A stretch of 24,606 bases of DNA. Origin: an uncultured bacterium. GTDB lineage: Bacteria; B130-G9. Position 1 is the first letter of the stretch, and each line of letters opens with the position of its first letter. The stretch covers positions 62,001 through 86,606 of the forward strand of contig CBDVDH010000006.1 in NCBI GenBank assembly GCA_965372715.1. Reading direction: 5' to 3'. Shown here one piece after another: positions 1-8,203 of the stretch. The notes under the pieces are model-generated. The model saw only the letters and a list, made by a program, of their open reading frames with translations, did no database searches and had not been told where the DNA came from. The position numbers and the translations under genes are program-made.

Positions 1-1
1 C

Positions 2-952
2 GGGCCTGCCACGGCGTTTCTGTATTCAGGACCGGCTATCAATATCCTGGCCATTGCGCTGACGGCCCGGGTCTTGGGTGTCGAGATCGGTATCGCGCGC
101 GCTGTGGGGGCCGTGCTATTCAGCGTGATAATAGGGCTCTTGATGCACCTGATCTTCAGAAAGGAGGAGCGTGCGAAACAGACGGCCCAAGCGGCCATGC
201 CGGAACCTGAAGTGGCGAGGCCGCTTTGGCAGAATGCCGTCTATTTCGCGACGATGATTGGGATTTTGGTCTTTGCCAATTGGGGGACTCCGGGCGATGC
301 CTCTTTTTTCTGGCAAGCGGTCTATGCTGCCAAATGGTTCATCACCGGGGCCTTGGCGGCGGCGTTTGGCGGTATCCTGATCGTCTGGTTGGGCGTGAAG
401 TGGTGGAAGGTGATTGCCGCCGCCGCGCCAACGGTCATCCTTGCGCTGCTGCTTCCTGACGCTCCAATGGTGGCGTTCGCAGCCGGTGTTGTCGGCCTTT
501 GCGTGATTACCGCATCAAGCCGCGGTGAACCAAAGGAGTGGTTCGCCAGTACGTGGGATTTTGCACAGCAGATACTGCCCCTTTTGTTCTTTGGGGTCCT
601 GATTGCAGGGGCGCTTCTCGGTCGCCCCGACCACGAGGGCCTCATACCATCAAACTGGGTGACTTCTGCCGTCGGCGGCAACTCACTGTTAGCCAACCTC
701 TTCGCCTCAATCGCCGGAGCGTTTATGTATTTCGCGACGCTGACCGAGGTGCCCATCTTGCAGGGGCTTCTGGGCGCGGGGATGGGCAAGGGGCCGGCGC
801 TTGCGCTTCTCTTGGCGGGCCCCGCCCTCTCGCTGCCGAATATGCTGGTTATCCGGCAGATCATGGGAACTAAGAGGACAGTAGTTTACGTCTTGCTTGT
901 GGTCGTAATGGCCACTTTTTCTGGTGTGGTTTTTGGAACGTTTTTCAAATAG
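2..952 (+). CDS. ArsP/DUF318-family permease (5' end outside window)
   Basis: The frame is open from base 2 (GPATAFLYSGPAINILAI...) into ORF 74..952. Multi-TM protein with the family motifs FLYSGPAIN, FMYFATLTEVPI, GPALALLLAGPALSLP, in an arsenic-cluster context. Confidence 0.85.
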   Translation, partial: GPATAFLYSGPAINILAIALTARVLGVEIGIARAVGAVLFSVIIGLLMHLIFRKEERAKQTAQAAMPEPEVARPLWQNAVYFATMIGILVFANWGTPGDASFFWQAVYAAKWFITGALAAAFGGILIVWLGVKWWKVIAAAAPTVILALLLPDAPMVAFAAGVVGLCVITASSRGEPKEWFASTWDFAQQILPLLFFGVLIAGALLGRPDHEGLIPSNWVTSAVGGNSLLANLFASIAGAFMYFATLTEVPILQGLLGAGMGKGPALALLLAGPALSLPNMLVIRQIMGTKRTVVYVLLVVVMATFSGVVFGTFFK

Positions 953-962
953 GAGACGCTTG

Positions 963-1196
963 ATGAAGAGATTGCAGATTCTGGGCGGCGGATGCCCGAA
1001 GTGCAAGAAGCTTGCCGAAAACGCTGAGGCAGCGGCGAAAGAGCTGGGCGTGGAATATGAGATAGAGAAGGTTATAGACATCAACGAGATAATGAGCTTC
1101 GGCGTGATGATGACGCCCGGGTTGGCGGTGGATGGCGAAGTCAAAACCGTCGGGAAAGTCGTCTCTATCGAGGAGATCAAGGCGATTCTCGCCTAA
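963..1196 (+). CDS. Small redox-active disulfide protein (MTH895/Thioredoxin_3-like), copy 1
   Basis: AGGAG at 951-955 then ATG at 963. Protein MKRLQILGGGCPKCKKL...GVMMTPGLAVDGEVK has CxxC and the cis-Pro TP motif. Confidence 0.9.
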   Translation: MKRLQILGGGCPKCKKLAENAEAAAKELGVEYEIEKVIDINEIMSFGVMMTPGLAVDGEVKTVGKVVSIEEIKAILA

Positions 1197-1251
1197 TCGT
1201 CCGAACTTGCTGTTTGAGGCCCAGTGAGGACAATTTCTCAAGGAGGTTGAG

Positions 1252-1731
1252 GTGAAAGGAGGGCAACGAACCGAGAAAACGCGCTCTAGACCGAGTCTAA
1301 TCGTCAAGGTGGGCGTCGTTCTGGTCTTGGTCGCCGCGGTGGCGGGCGCCATCTACTTGAAGGAACGGTCGGGGGCGCCTGAGGCCGATGCGAATGCCGC
1401 GAACGGCTCTGACGCCTCAGCCGCCGATTCACAGAAGGAACAATCCCGAATCGCCCTTCCGCGCCTCGTTGACCTGGGCGCGGGGAAGTGCATCCCGTGC
1501 AAGTTGATGGCGCCGATACTCGAAGAGTTGCGGAAGGAATACAAAGGGAAGTTCGACGTGGTGTTCATCGATGTCTGGAAGGACCGAAGTGCTGGAAAAA
1601 AGTTTAGCGTACGGGTGATCCCGACACAGATATTCTATGACGCCGAGGGGACCGAGCTCTTCCGGCACGAGGGATTCTATTCAAAAGAGGACATCCTTGG
1701 AAAATGGAAGGAACTCGGAATCAATTTATAG
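1252..1731 (+). CDS. Membrane-anchored thioredoxin-family protein
   Basis: AGGAGG RBS before a GTG start, an N-terminal TM helix, and motifs LVDLGAGKCIPCKLM and VIPTQIFYD...HEGF. Confidence 0.85.
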   Translation: MKGGQRTEKTRSRPSLIVKVGVVLVLVAAVAGAIYLKERSGAPEADANAANGSDASAADSQKEQSRIALPRLVDLGAGKCIPCKLMAPILEELRKEYKGKFDVVFIDVWKDRSAGKKFSVRVIPTQIFYDAEGTELFRHEGFYSKEDILGKWKELGINL

Positions 1732-1745
1732 GAAGGAGAATAGAC

Positions 1746-2690
1746 ATGCGTAATTGCATAGTATTACGAGCAACGTGCTTGTTGGTGCTAATGGTGGTAT
1801 CGGTCGGCTGCGGAGCACAGGCCGAGGACCCTAAGCGGATCAGCGAGCTGTACCCAAACCTTGCGACAGGGGTGCTCACGTCGGCGAAAGTCGGCGAACT
1901 TAGCGAAGGTGTTCTTCTTCGCTGCCAGAACATCGTGATAGGTGAACGTGATCTGGCGCGCGCAACGGCCGAGGCTCCGAAGAACCAGCGGCAAGACCTC
2001 AAGGCCAATGCCTTCTTCGTGCTCGAACAACAGGCAACGGATAAGATTCTGGAAAGCTTGGCAAGGCAGAGCCTCTCCGATCAGAATGTTGACGTGGGGT
2101 CCATTCCGAAGCGGCAGGTCATTCAACGCTTTACCGAAAGCCTGGCAACCGAGGTGACGGTCGCGGATTCGGATATCGAGACCTTCTATAAAGAAAACGA
2201 AAGCATCTTTTGCGGAACGCCGCTGGATAAGGTCCGGGACCGGATCAAGTCTTATGTGCTGCAAGACAAGCAGCAACGCTTCGTGGACGACTACGTCCGA
2301 CAATTGGGCCGGAATCTAGAGATCGTCGTTTCCGCCAAATGGGTGCGGGAACAGGCGGAAAGAGCTCAGGATAATCCGTTGGACAAGGCACGGTCCTCCG
2401 GCAAACCGACACTCGCAGTCTTCAGCGCGGCCAGTTGTTGCGGTCCCGACCGAATGCTCCCAGTGGTCAACGGGGTGCGCAGCGCTTTTGGCGAAGCCCT
2501 GAGCGTTGTGTATATCGAGCCCCGTAAAGAACAGATTCTCGCCGCTCGTTGTGGTGTTCGATCCATTCCGACTCAGATATTCTTCGACAAGACGGGCAAG
2601 GAGGTCTATCGCCACAGTGGATTCCTAGGTGAGGCGCCCATTCTGGAGCAGTTGAAGAAGATGGGCCTGCAAGAAAGAAGTAAGGGATAG
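1746..2690 (+). CDS. Putative lipoprotein: SurA/PrsA-like helical domain fused to a C-terminal thioredoxin fold
   Basis: AGGAG then ATG at 1746. Lipobox-like LVLMVVSVG-C. EVTVADSDIETFYKEN...LDKVRDRIKSYVLQDKQQ resembles the SurA/PrsA chaperone region. The C-terminal KPTLAVFSAASCCGP...SIPTQIFFDKTGKEVYRHSGF is thioredoxin-like. Confidence 0.7.
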   Translation: MRNCIVLRATCLLVLMVVSVGCGAQAEDPKRISELYPNLATGVLTSAKVGELSEGVLLRCQNIVIGERDLARATAEAPKNQRQDLKANAFFVLEQQATDKILESLARQSLSDQNVDVGSIPKRQVIQRFTESLATEVTVADSDIETFYKENESIFCGTPLDKVRDRIKSYVLQDKQQRFVDDYVRQLGRNLEIVVSAKWVREQAERAQDNPLDKARSSGKPTLAVFSAASCCGPDRMLPVVNGVRSAFGEALSVVYIEPRKEQILAARCGVRSIPTQIFFDKTGKEVYRHSGFLGEAPILEQLKKMGLQERSKG

Positions 2691-2693
2691 AGC

Positions 2694-3392
2694 ATGCAAG
2701 AATTGTTTGCAGCGTTGACGAGGGCCGTAGGGGAAACGCCGGTTGTCGCTGTTCCCGCCTCGTTTGTGTGGGGCGTGCTCAGCATCCTTCTTAGCCCGTG
2801 CCACCTCGCCAGCATCCCGCTAATCGTTGGGTTCATCAATCAGCAGGGAAGAATCTCGACAAGGCGCGCATTTTTCATTTCGACGATTTTTGCCCTGGGC
2901 ATTCTAATCACCATAGGGGCTATTGGGGCGATCACAGGAGCAGCTGGCCGGATGATGGGCGATCTGGGGCGATTTGGCAACTACTTCGTGGCGGTCATTT
3001 TCTTCGCAGTCGGCCTGCATCTGCTGGGTGTCATTCCGATGCCGTGGTCGGGCCCCGGACAAGTCAAGATGAAACGGAAGGGGCCTTTTGGCGCGTTCAT
3101 TCTCGGCCTAGTTTTCGGCGTCGCTCTCGGCCCATGCACGTTCGCTTATATGGCCCCTATGCTGGGCGTCACGTTCAAGTTGGCCTCCACAAACATGCTC
3201 TATGGGGTTCTTCTCCTCCTGATCTATGGCCTGGGCCACTGCTCCGTAATTGTCGTGGCCGGGACCAGCACGGAGGTTGTCCAGCGCTACCTAAACTGGA
3301 ACGAAAGGTCCAAAGGCTCCGCGATCCTCAAGAAGGTGTGCGGCGTTCTAGTGCTGTTTGGTGGGGTCTATCTCATCTATTCCGCTCCGTAG
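2694..3392 (+). CDS. ccdA: Cytochrome c biogenesis CcdA / DsbD-beta family thiol-disulfide transporter
   Basis: About six TM helices with both conserved Pro-Cys motifs, LSPCHLASIP and LGPCTFAYMAP. Confidence 0.85.
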   Translation: MQELFAALTRAVGETPVVAVPASFVWGVLSILLSPCHLASIPLIVGFINQQGRISTRRAFFISTIFALGILITIGAIGAITGAAGRMMGDLGRFGNYFVAVIFFAVGLHLLGVIPMPWSGPGQVKMKRKGPFGAFILGLVFGVALGPCTFAYMAPMLGVTFKLASTNMLYGVLLLLIYGLGHCSVIVVAGTSTEVVQRYLNWNERSKGSAILKKVCGVLVLFGGVYLIYSAP

Positions 3393-3442
3393 GTGGTAAC
3401 GAAAACTGCATAGGCTCTGGAATAACGTAAGGAGAGAAGCTG

Positions 3443-4633
3443 TTGCAGTCCGAAACACGCGTGGTCAAGCATTCTCAAGGGCTGACTTTTTTTGAGAAAT
3501 ACCTAACAGCCTGGATAGTCATGTGCATCGGCGGCGGGATCGCGCTCGGCAAACTCGCCCCGAGCATGGCCACGTTTCTCGACGGCCTTTCTATCTATGT
3601 AGGAGAGGCGCCTGTCGTGTCCATCCCCATCGCTGTTTGCCTCTTCTTCATGATGTATCCCATCATGGTGAAGATTGACTTCGCTGAGGTGCTCAAGGCC
3701 GGCAGGAGCGTCAAGCCAGTCGGTCTTACGCTCGTTATCAACTGGGCGATCAAGCCGTTCACGATGTATGCCATTGCCTTCCTGTTTCTCGGTGTGCTTT
3801 TCAGAGGCCTAATCGGTGCGGAGGCCGTGGATTACGTCAAGATGCCCTTCGGTCTAGACCTAGCCGAGGGCGCGGCCTACGGCGCGGGCAAGGTAGTGGT
3901 GCTTCAGGGCGTGAAGATGCTCCAAGTTCCTCTGTGGCGCAGCTACCTCGCGGGCTGCATCCTCCTCGGAATTGCGCCGTGCACAGCAATGGTTCTCGTC
4001 TGGGGATTCCTGGCGAAGGGCAACGACGGGCACACTCTCATCATGGTGGCGATCAACTCGCTCACGATGCTTCTGCTCTATGGCCCCTTGGGTGGTTTCT
4101 TGCTGGGCGTTGGCAAGCTTCCGGTTCCCTGGCAGGCGCTTCTCTTGTCAATCGGCATCTATGTGGCTCTGCCACTCTTGGCTGGCTACTTCTCGCGAAG
4201 GTGGATCATCGCCGCCAAGGGGCTGGCGTGGTTCAAAGAGAAGTTCCTGCACCTTCTGACTCCAGTTACTATCATCGCCCTTCTTGCGACGCTGCTGCTG
4301 CTGTTCTCGTTCAAAGGCGAAGTGATTCTGTCGAATCCGCTGACGATCCTTTGGATCGCCATCCCGTTATTCATCCAAACGAATCTCATATTCTGGCTCG
4401 GATATGGCCTGTCAAGGCTTCTCAAGCTCTCTTATGAGGACGCCGCGCCCTCCGCGATGATCGGCGCCTCGAATCATTTTGAGGTGGCTATTGCGACGGC
4501 CACGATGCTGTTTGGACTCTCTTCTGGCGCCGCGCTGGCCACGGTCGTTGGGGTGCTCATCGAGGTTCCGGTGATGCTGATGCTGGTCAAGATCTGTCTG
4601 CGCACGAGGCGGTGGTTTGAGCCTGTAATGTAG
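3443..4633 (+). CDS. acr3: ACR3-family arsenite efflux transporter
   Basis: Motifs [53 protein letters not shown] and [19 protein letters not shown] before a TTG start. Confidence 0.95.
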   Translation: MQSETRVVKHSQGLTFFEKYLTAWIVMCIGGGIALGKLAPSMATFLDGLSIYVGEAPVVSIPIAVCLFFMMYPIMVKIDFAEVLKAGRSVKPVGLTLVINWAIKPFTMYAIAFLFLGVLFRGLIGAEAVDYVKMPFGLDLAEGAAYGAGKVVVLQGVKMLQVPLWRSYLAGCILLGIAPCTAMVLVWGFLAKGNDGHTLIMVAINSLTMLLLYGPLGGFLLGVGKLPVPWQALLLSIGIYVALPLLAGYFSRRWIIAAKGLAWFKEKFLHLLTPVTIIALLATLLLLFSFKGEVILSNPLTILWIAIPLFIQTNLIFWLGYGLSRLLKLSYEDAAPSAMIGASNHFEVAIATATMLFGLSSGAALATVVGVLIEVPVMLMLVKICLRTRRWFEPVM

Positions 4634-4635
4634 TA

Positions 4636-5235
4636 TTGCAGGATGAAAAGAGCCCTGTTCCTAAAATCCGGAGAATCATGCCCAATTCCCAACGTGTGAC
4701 TGTGGTCAAGTTCACACTTTTACTTCTTGCCATTGCGATTGCAGCCTATATGGCGATCAAGACACCGATTCGACCATTGGCGGAAACGGATTCCCCAGTC
4801 GCTCCATCGGCGCCGGAGAACGCCGTAGGCGTGGAACAGAATCCTTCTGCGACAGAGCCTAGACTTGAGCCCAATGGTCAGGATGTCCGCCTGAGATCAG
4901 ACTGCGTTATCGTCTATTATTTTCACACTACAGCTCGCTGCGGCCCTTGCATAAGGATGGAAGAGTGGACCAAAGAGGCCGTCTTGGGTGGTTTCGCGGA
5001 CGCGACGAAGGCCGGGCGGCTGGCATGGCGGGCGATTGACGTCGAGAAATCTGAGAACGACCACTTCATTGACGACTACCGGCTCACAGATATGTCTGTT
5101 GTTGTAGCCGAAATCAAAGGCGGCAAGCGTGTTCGCCACAAGACCCTAGAAGAGTGCTGGTCGCTGCTGGACGACAAAGCTGGCTTCCTAAGGTACGTCC
5201 GTAACCAGGTTCGGCCCTATCTTGCGAGAGGATGA
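4636..5235 (+). CDS. ArsF-like exported CxxC thioredoxin-fold protein, copy 1 (start may be ATG 4678)
   Basis: N-terminal TM/signal, then VIVYYFHTTARCGPCIRME, ENDHFIDDYRL and W...DDKAGFLRYVRNQV. Confidence 0.75.
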   Translation: MQDEKSPVPKIRRIMPNSQRVTVVKFTLLLLAIAIAAYMAIKTPIRPLAETDSPVAPSAPENAVGVEQNPSATEPRLEPNGQDVRLRSDCVIVYYFHTTARCGPCIRMEEWTKEAVLGGFADATKAGRLAWRAIDVEKSENDHFIDDYRLTDMSVVVAEIKGGKRVRHKTLEECWSLLDDKAGFLRYVRNQVRPYLARG

Positions 5236-5370
5236 TCGCTGAATTGGCCTGAGCGCTTTGCGGGAAGCCTCATTCCGGGTGCGTTGAGGTCAATAGCGCG
5301 ATAAGCGCAGTCAAGGATATCCGCCGGCCCGGCCAGCTTGTGTTCTATTTCCGATTCGGTAATACGTGTA

Positions 5371-5495
5371 CTTTCCCTTCCTAACATGCTGGTAATCCGA
5401 CGGATGCTGGGAACTAAGGAGATAATAGTTTATGTTCTACTTGTGGTCGTCATGGCCACTTTTCTGGGATAGTTTTTGGAACACTCACTAGATAG
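5371..5495 (+). pseudogene. Degenerate duplicate of the 3' end of the ArsP-type permease gene
   Basis: Reads LSLPNMLVIRRMLGTKEIIVYVLLVVVMATF, matching 827-952. It has one fewer T in the run (gccacttttctg vs gccactttttctg), which shifts the frame, and has no 5' part. Confidence 0.85.
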
Positions 5496-5505
5496 GAGAT
5501 AGTTG

Positions 5506-5739
5506 ATGAGAAGATTGCAGATTCTCGGCGCGGGTTGCCCGAAATGCGAGAAGCTCGCCGAGAACACGGAGGCCGCAGCTAGAGAGCTTCAGATACAGTT
5601 CGTGATGGAGAAGATCACCGACATCACGCGGATTGGTGATTTCGGTGTGATGATGACACCGGCGCTCGCCGTTGACGGCGAGGTGAAATCCCAGGGCAAA
5701 ATCCTTACGGTCAACGAGATCAAGCCGCTGATCTCGTAG
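5506..5739 (+). CDS. Small redox-active disulfide protein (MTH895/Thioredoxin_3-like), copy 2
   Basis: AGGAG RBS. Protein MRRLQILGAGCPKCEKL...GVMMTPALAVDGEVK is a paralog of 963..1196. Confidence 0.9.
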   Translation: MRRLQILGAGCPKCEKLAENTEAAARELQIQFVMEKITDITRIGDFGVMMTPALAVDGEVKSQGKILTVNEIKPLIS

Positions 5740-5779
5740 CTCTTTCCGGTCGGTTCTAAGGTTATCTGTGAGGTGAAGC

Positions 5780-6394
5780 ATGGGTTTTGGGCCGAAGAGA
5801 ATCGCAACATTTGCTCTGTTTTCGTTCATTGTCGCAAGTTTGGCCCATTTAGCCGTCAACAGCCCCAGCAAGCTGGGGCCTTCAGCGCCTGGCGACGCTG
5901 AGGCCGAACGTAGGGGCGTGGTCTCAGACCCGCCCGCTCATACGCCGCATTCCCCGTCCAGGAGAGCCCGGACAGAGCTGGAAACTAGACCAGCGGGCAT
6001 AGTGCCGGAGGGGCCGCGGGGGAATATGAGACAGACAGCGGCGCCTGCCGGACTCGAGGACGGGGTTATCGTCTATTACTTCCACACGACACGACGATGC
6101 TACTCCTGTCGCCTGCTCGAGGCATTGACGAAAGAGGCGATAGAACGAGAATTCAGCGATGCCCTTAGACAACGCTGTCTGGAGTATAGGCCGATCGATA
6201 TCGATCTCGAGGAGAACCAGCACTTCGTAGATGACTACCGCCTCTACACTAAATCGGTCGTCCTGGTCCAATTCAAGGATGTAGCGCAGGTTCGGCATAA
6301 GAATCTACAGAGGGTCTGGACGCTCCTGAGAGACAAACCGGCCGTCCTGAGCTACGTCAGGGAAGAGGTTCGCGCCTATCTGAGTGCGATTTAG
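5780..6394 (+). CDS. ArsF-like exported CxxC thioredoxin-fold protein, copy 2
   Basis: GAGGTG RBS, signal-like N-terminus, VIVYYFHTTRRCYSC and ENQHFVDDYRLYTKSVVL. Paralog of 4636..5235. Confidence 0.75.
   Translation: MGFGPKRIATFALFSFIVASLAHLAVNSPSKLGPSAPGDAEAERRGVVSDPPAHTPHSPSRRARTELETRPAGIVPEGPRGNMRQTAAPAGLEDGVIVYYFHTTRRCYSCRLLEALTKEAIEREFSDALRQRCLEYRPIDIDLEENQHFVDDYRLYTKSVVLVQFKDVAQVRHKNLQRVWTLLRDKPAVLSYVREEVRAYLSAI
5910..5935 (+). repeat. GTAG-type REP-like palindrome inside a CDS
   Basis: GTAGGGGCGTGGTCTCAGACCCGCCC is nearly identical to the intergenic copies at 6677-6702 and 6757-6783 (reverse). Confidence 0.8.
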
Positions 6395-6452
6395 TAGGGC
6401 GCCGCTTTATGTAACTCGTATTATTCGCAAACTGCGGATGCGATGAGGTGTG

Positions 6453-6478
6453 AGGCAGGCTTTCCGAGGCTGCCTTTT
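6453..6478 (+). terminator. Possible intrinsic terminator of the ars cluster
   Basis: AGGCAG/CTGCCT stem followed by a short T-run, about 60 nt after the stop at 6394. Confidence 0.35.
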
Positions 6479-6599
6479 GTAGTGATTGCCGCATCCCTTA
6501 CTTAGAACACTCTGTCGCGCGAAACCCTGTCTTTGGCAGGCTGGAAGAGGCTGTCTCATAAGTTGATTGACGAGGATTTCGTTGTCCATTCAGACAACA

Positions 6600-6628
6600 A
6601 TAATACAGGAAATACGGCCGATTGTCAA
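6600..6628 (-). promoter_or_regulatory. Sigma70-type promoter on the minus strand
   Basis: The minus strand reads TTGACA (6628-6623), 17 nt, TATTAT (6605-6600). Confidence 0.6.
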
Positions 6629-6676
6629 GATCAACGCGGCGGTTTTCTTATGCGACGCGATTGTCGGAATCGGCCT

Positions 6677-6783
6677 GTAGGGGCGGTGTCTCAGACCCGC
6701 CCGCCTACATGAATCCCTGCGGATACGAGGCATTTTATGCGACCATCAATTCGAGAGGGCGGGTCTTCAGACCACGCCCCTAC
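6677..6783. repeat. Inverted pair of GTAG-type REP-like elements
   Basis: GTAGGGGCGGTGTCTCAGACCCGCCC at 6677-6702 and GGGCGGGTCTTCAGACCACGCCCCTAC at 6757-6783. Confidence 0.8.
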
Positions 6784-7067
6784 ACAACCGCAACGACTTA
6801 TGACCCAGGCTGGAAAGCCCGCCCCACACCGACGAGAGTCACGGCCTTGAACTATTCGATCTACATCTTCGAGGTCCTATGATCTAGCGCCGCTATCATC
6901 GGGCCAATCTGGACGAGCTCGATTTGCACCGGACGGATGTTCAGCAGCTGGCAGGGATGGACAGGACCTCTCAAACTGAATACTGGCAGACAATACCGCG
7001 ATCATGCATAATGCTCCCGTAAGCATGTCAAGAAGAAGCAGAATCGACAGCATTCGATTGTTTAGGG

Positions 7068-7988
7068 ATGATGCCAGCGCAGGAACCGATTAGGGTTGAT
7101 TCTCTTGCGACGGAACCAGGTCACATAAAGGGAGTTAGGCGGGCTACCTGGGTTGGCCTGACCGTCAACATACTGCTATCGGCCCTCAAAATGGCCGGGG
7201 GGGTGCTAGGGTCGAGCCAGGCGATCGTTGCGGACGGTGTTCACAGCCTATCAGACAGTAGCACTGACATCGCCATCCTGATCGGAGTTCGCTTCTGGTC
7301 AAGGCCGCCTGACGAGAGTCACCCCTACGGGCACCGGCGCATCGAGACGCTCGTGACAGCGTTCATCGGGCTGGTACTTCTCGCAGTTGCCGTCGGGCTG
7401 ATCTATAATGCGATCGTCACATTCCAACGACCGCACCCGGAGCGTCCGCACTGGATAGCACTTGTTGCCGCGCTAATCTCGATTGCGAGCAAGGAGACCC
7501 TCTACCGATGGACAGTTACCGTGGGCAAACGCATCAAATCGAGCGCCGTTCTTGCCAATGCGTGGCATCATAGGTCGGACGCCTTCAGCTCGATACCGAC
7601 AGCGATCGCGGTGGCAATCGTGCTTTCGTATCCCTCGCTAGGATTCCTGGACCACCTGGCGGCGGTCGTCGTCTCCTTTTTCATCCTCCGGGTGGCCTGG
7701 AACGTTACGTCACCTGCACTCAAGGAGCTCGTGGACTCCGGCGCCTCCAGAAAGGATTGCGAGCGGATACGATCAATAGCGCTCGCCACGGAGGGCGTTC
7801 AGAGAGTCCATGCTATTCGGACTCGCTACGTTGGTCCGGGACTCTTGGTGGACCTTCACGTGCTCGTTGACCCGAACATCACGGTCGGCCAAGGGCACAA
7901 CATCGGGGGTCAGGTCAAGCAGCGCCTCCTCTCCGAGGGTCCGGACGTCGTTGATGTGATCGCCCATTTAGAGCCGAACGACGAGTAA
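7068..7988 (+). CDS. Cation diffusion facilitator (CDF, FieF-like) metal transporter
   Basis: ADGVHSLSD (TM2 HxxxD), HPYGHRRIE, NAWHHRSD (TM5 HxxxD) and a C-terminal dimerisation domain VDLHVLVD...HLEP. Confidence 0.92.
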   Translation: MMPAQEPIRVDSLATEPGHIKGVRRATWVGLTVNILLSALKMAGGVLGSSQAIVADGVHSLSDSSTDIAILIGVRFWSRPPDESHPYGHRRIETLVTAFIGLVLLAVAVGLIYNAIVTFQRPHPERPHWIALVAALISIASKETLYRWTVTVGKRIKSSAVLANAWHHRSDAFSSIPTAIAVAIVLSYPSLGFLDHLAAVVVSFFILRVAWNVTSPALKELVDSGASRKDCERIRSIALATEGVQRVHAIRTRYVGPGLLVDLHVLVDPNITVGQGHNIGGQVKQRLLSEGPDVVDVIAHLEPNDE

Positions 7989-8203
7989 GAGGGAACCCCT
8001 GTTGTCAGGAGGTGTAGGGTGAGGGCTCCGACACGGCGTAAGACCGCGTGACATCGGGACATGAGCGCAAGCACATGGCATGCCTGTAGCTTGAAATAAT
8101 CGAGCCGTGTGGTACGTTGCGTTCGCCTCGACCACGATGTAAGGTCGGCCACGAGTCGAGAACTACGATGTGCATACAAAGTGCTTTTGGGGGTGTTTGA
8201 ATC

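Noticed and set aside
6622-6882. 86-aa ORF
   Set aside because: It is mostly translation of the REP pair and has no RBS. The tail NYSIYIFEVL might be a gene remnant, but I cannot support that.
7990-8200. Possible structured leader or 6S-like RNA before the activase gene (ACACGGC 8031-8037 pairing with GCCGTGT 8104-8110, plus small hairpins)
   Set aside because: The pairings are short and partly mutually exclusive, with no recognisable Rfam motif. An Infernal search would be needed.
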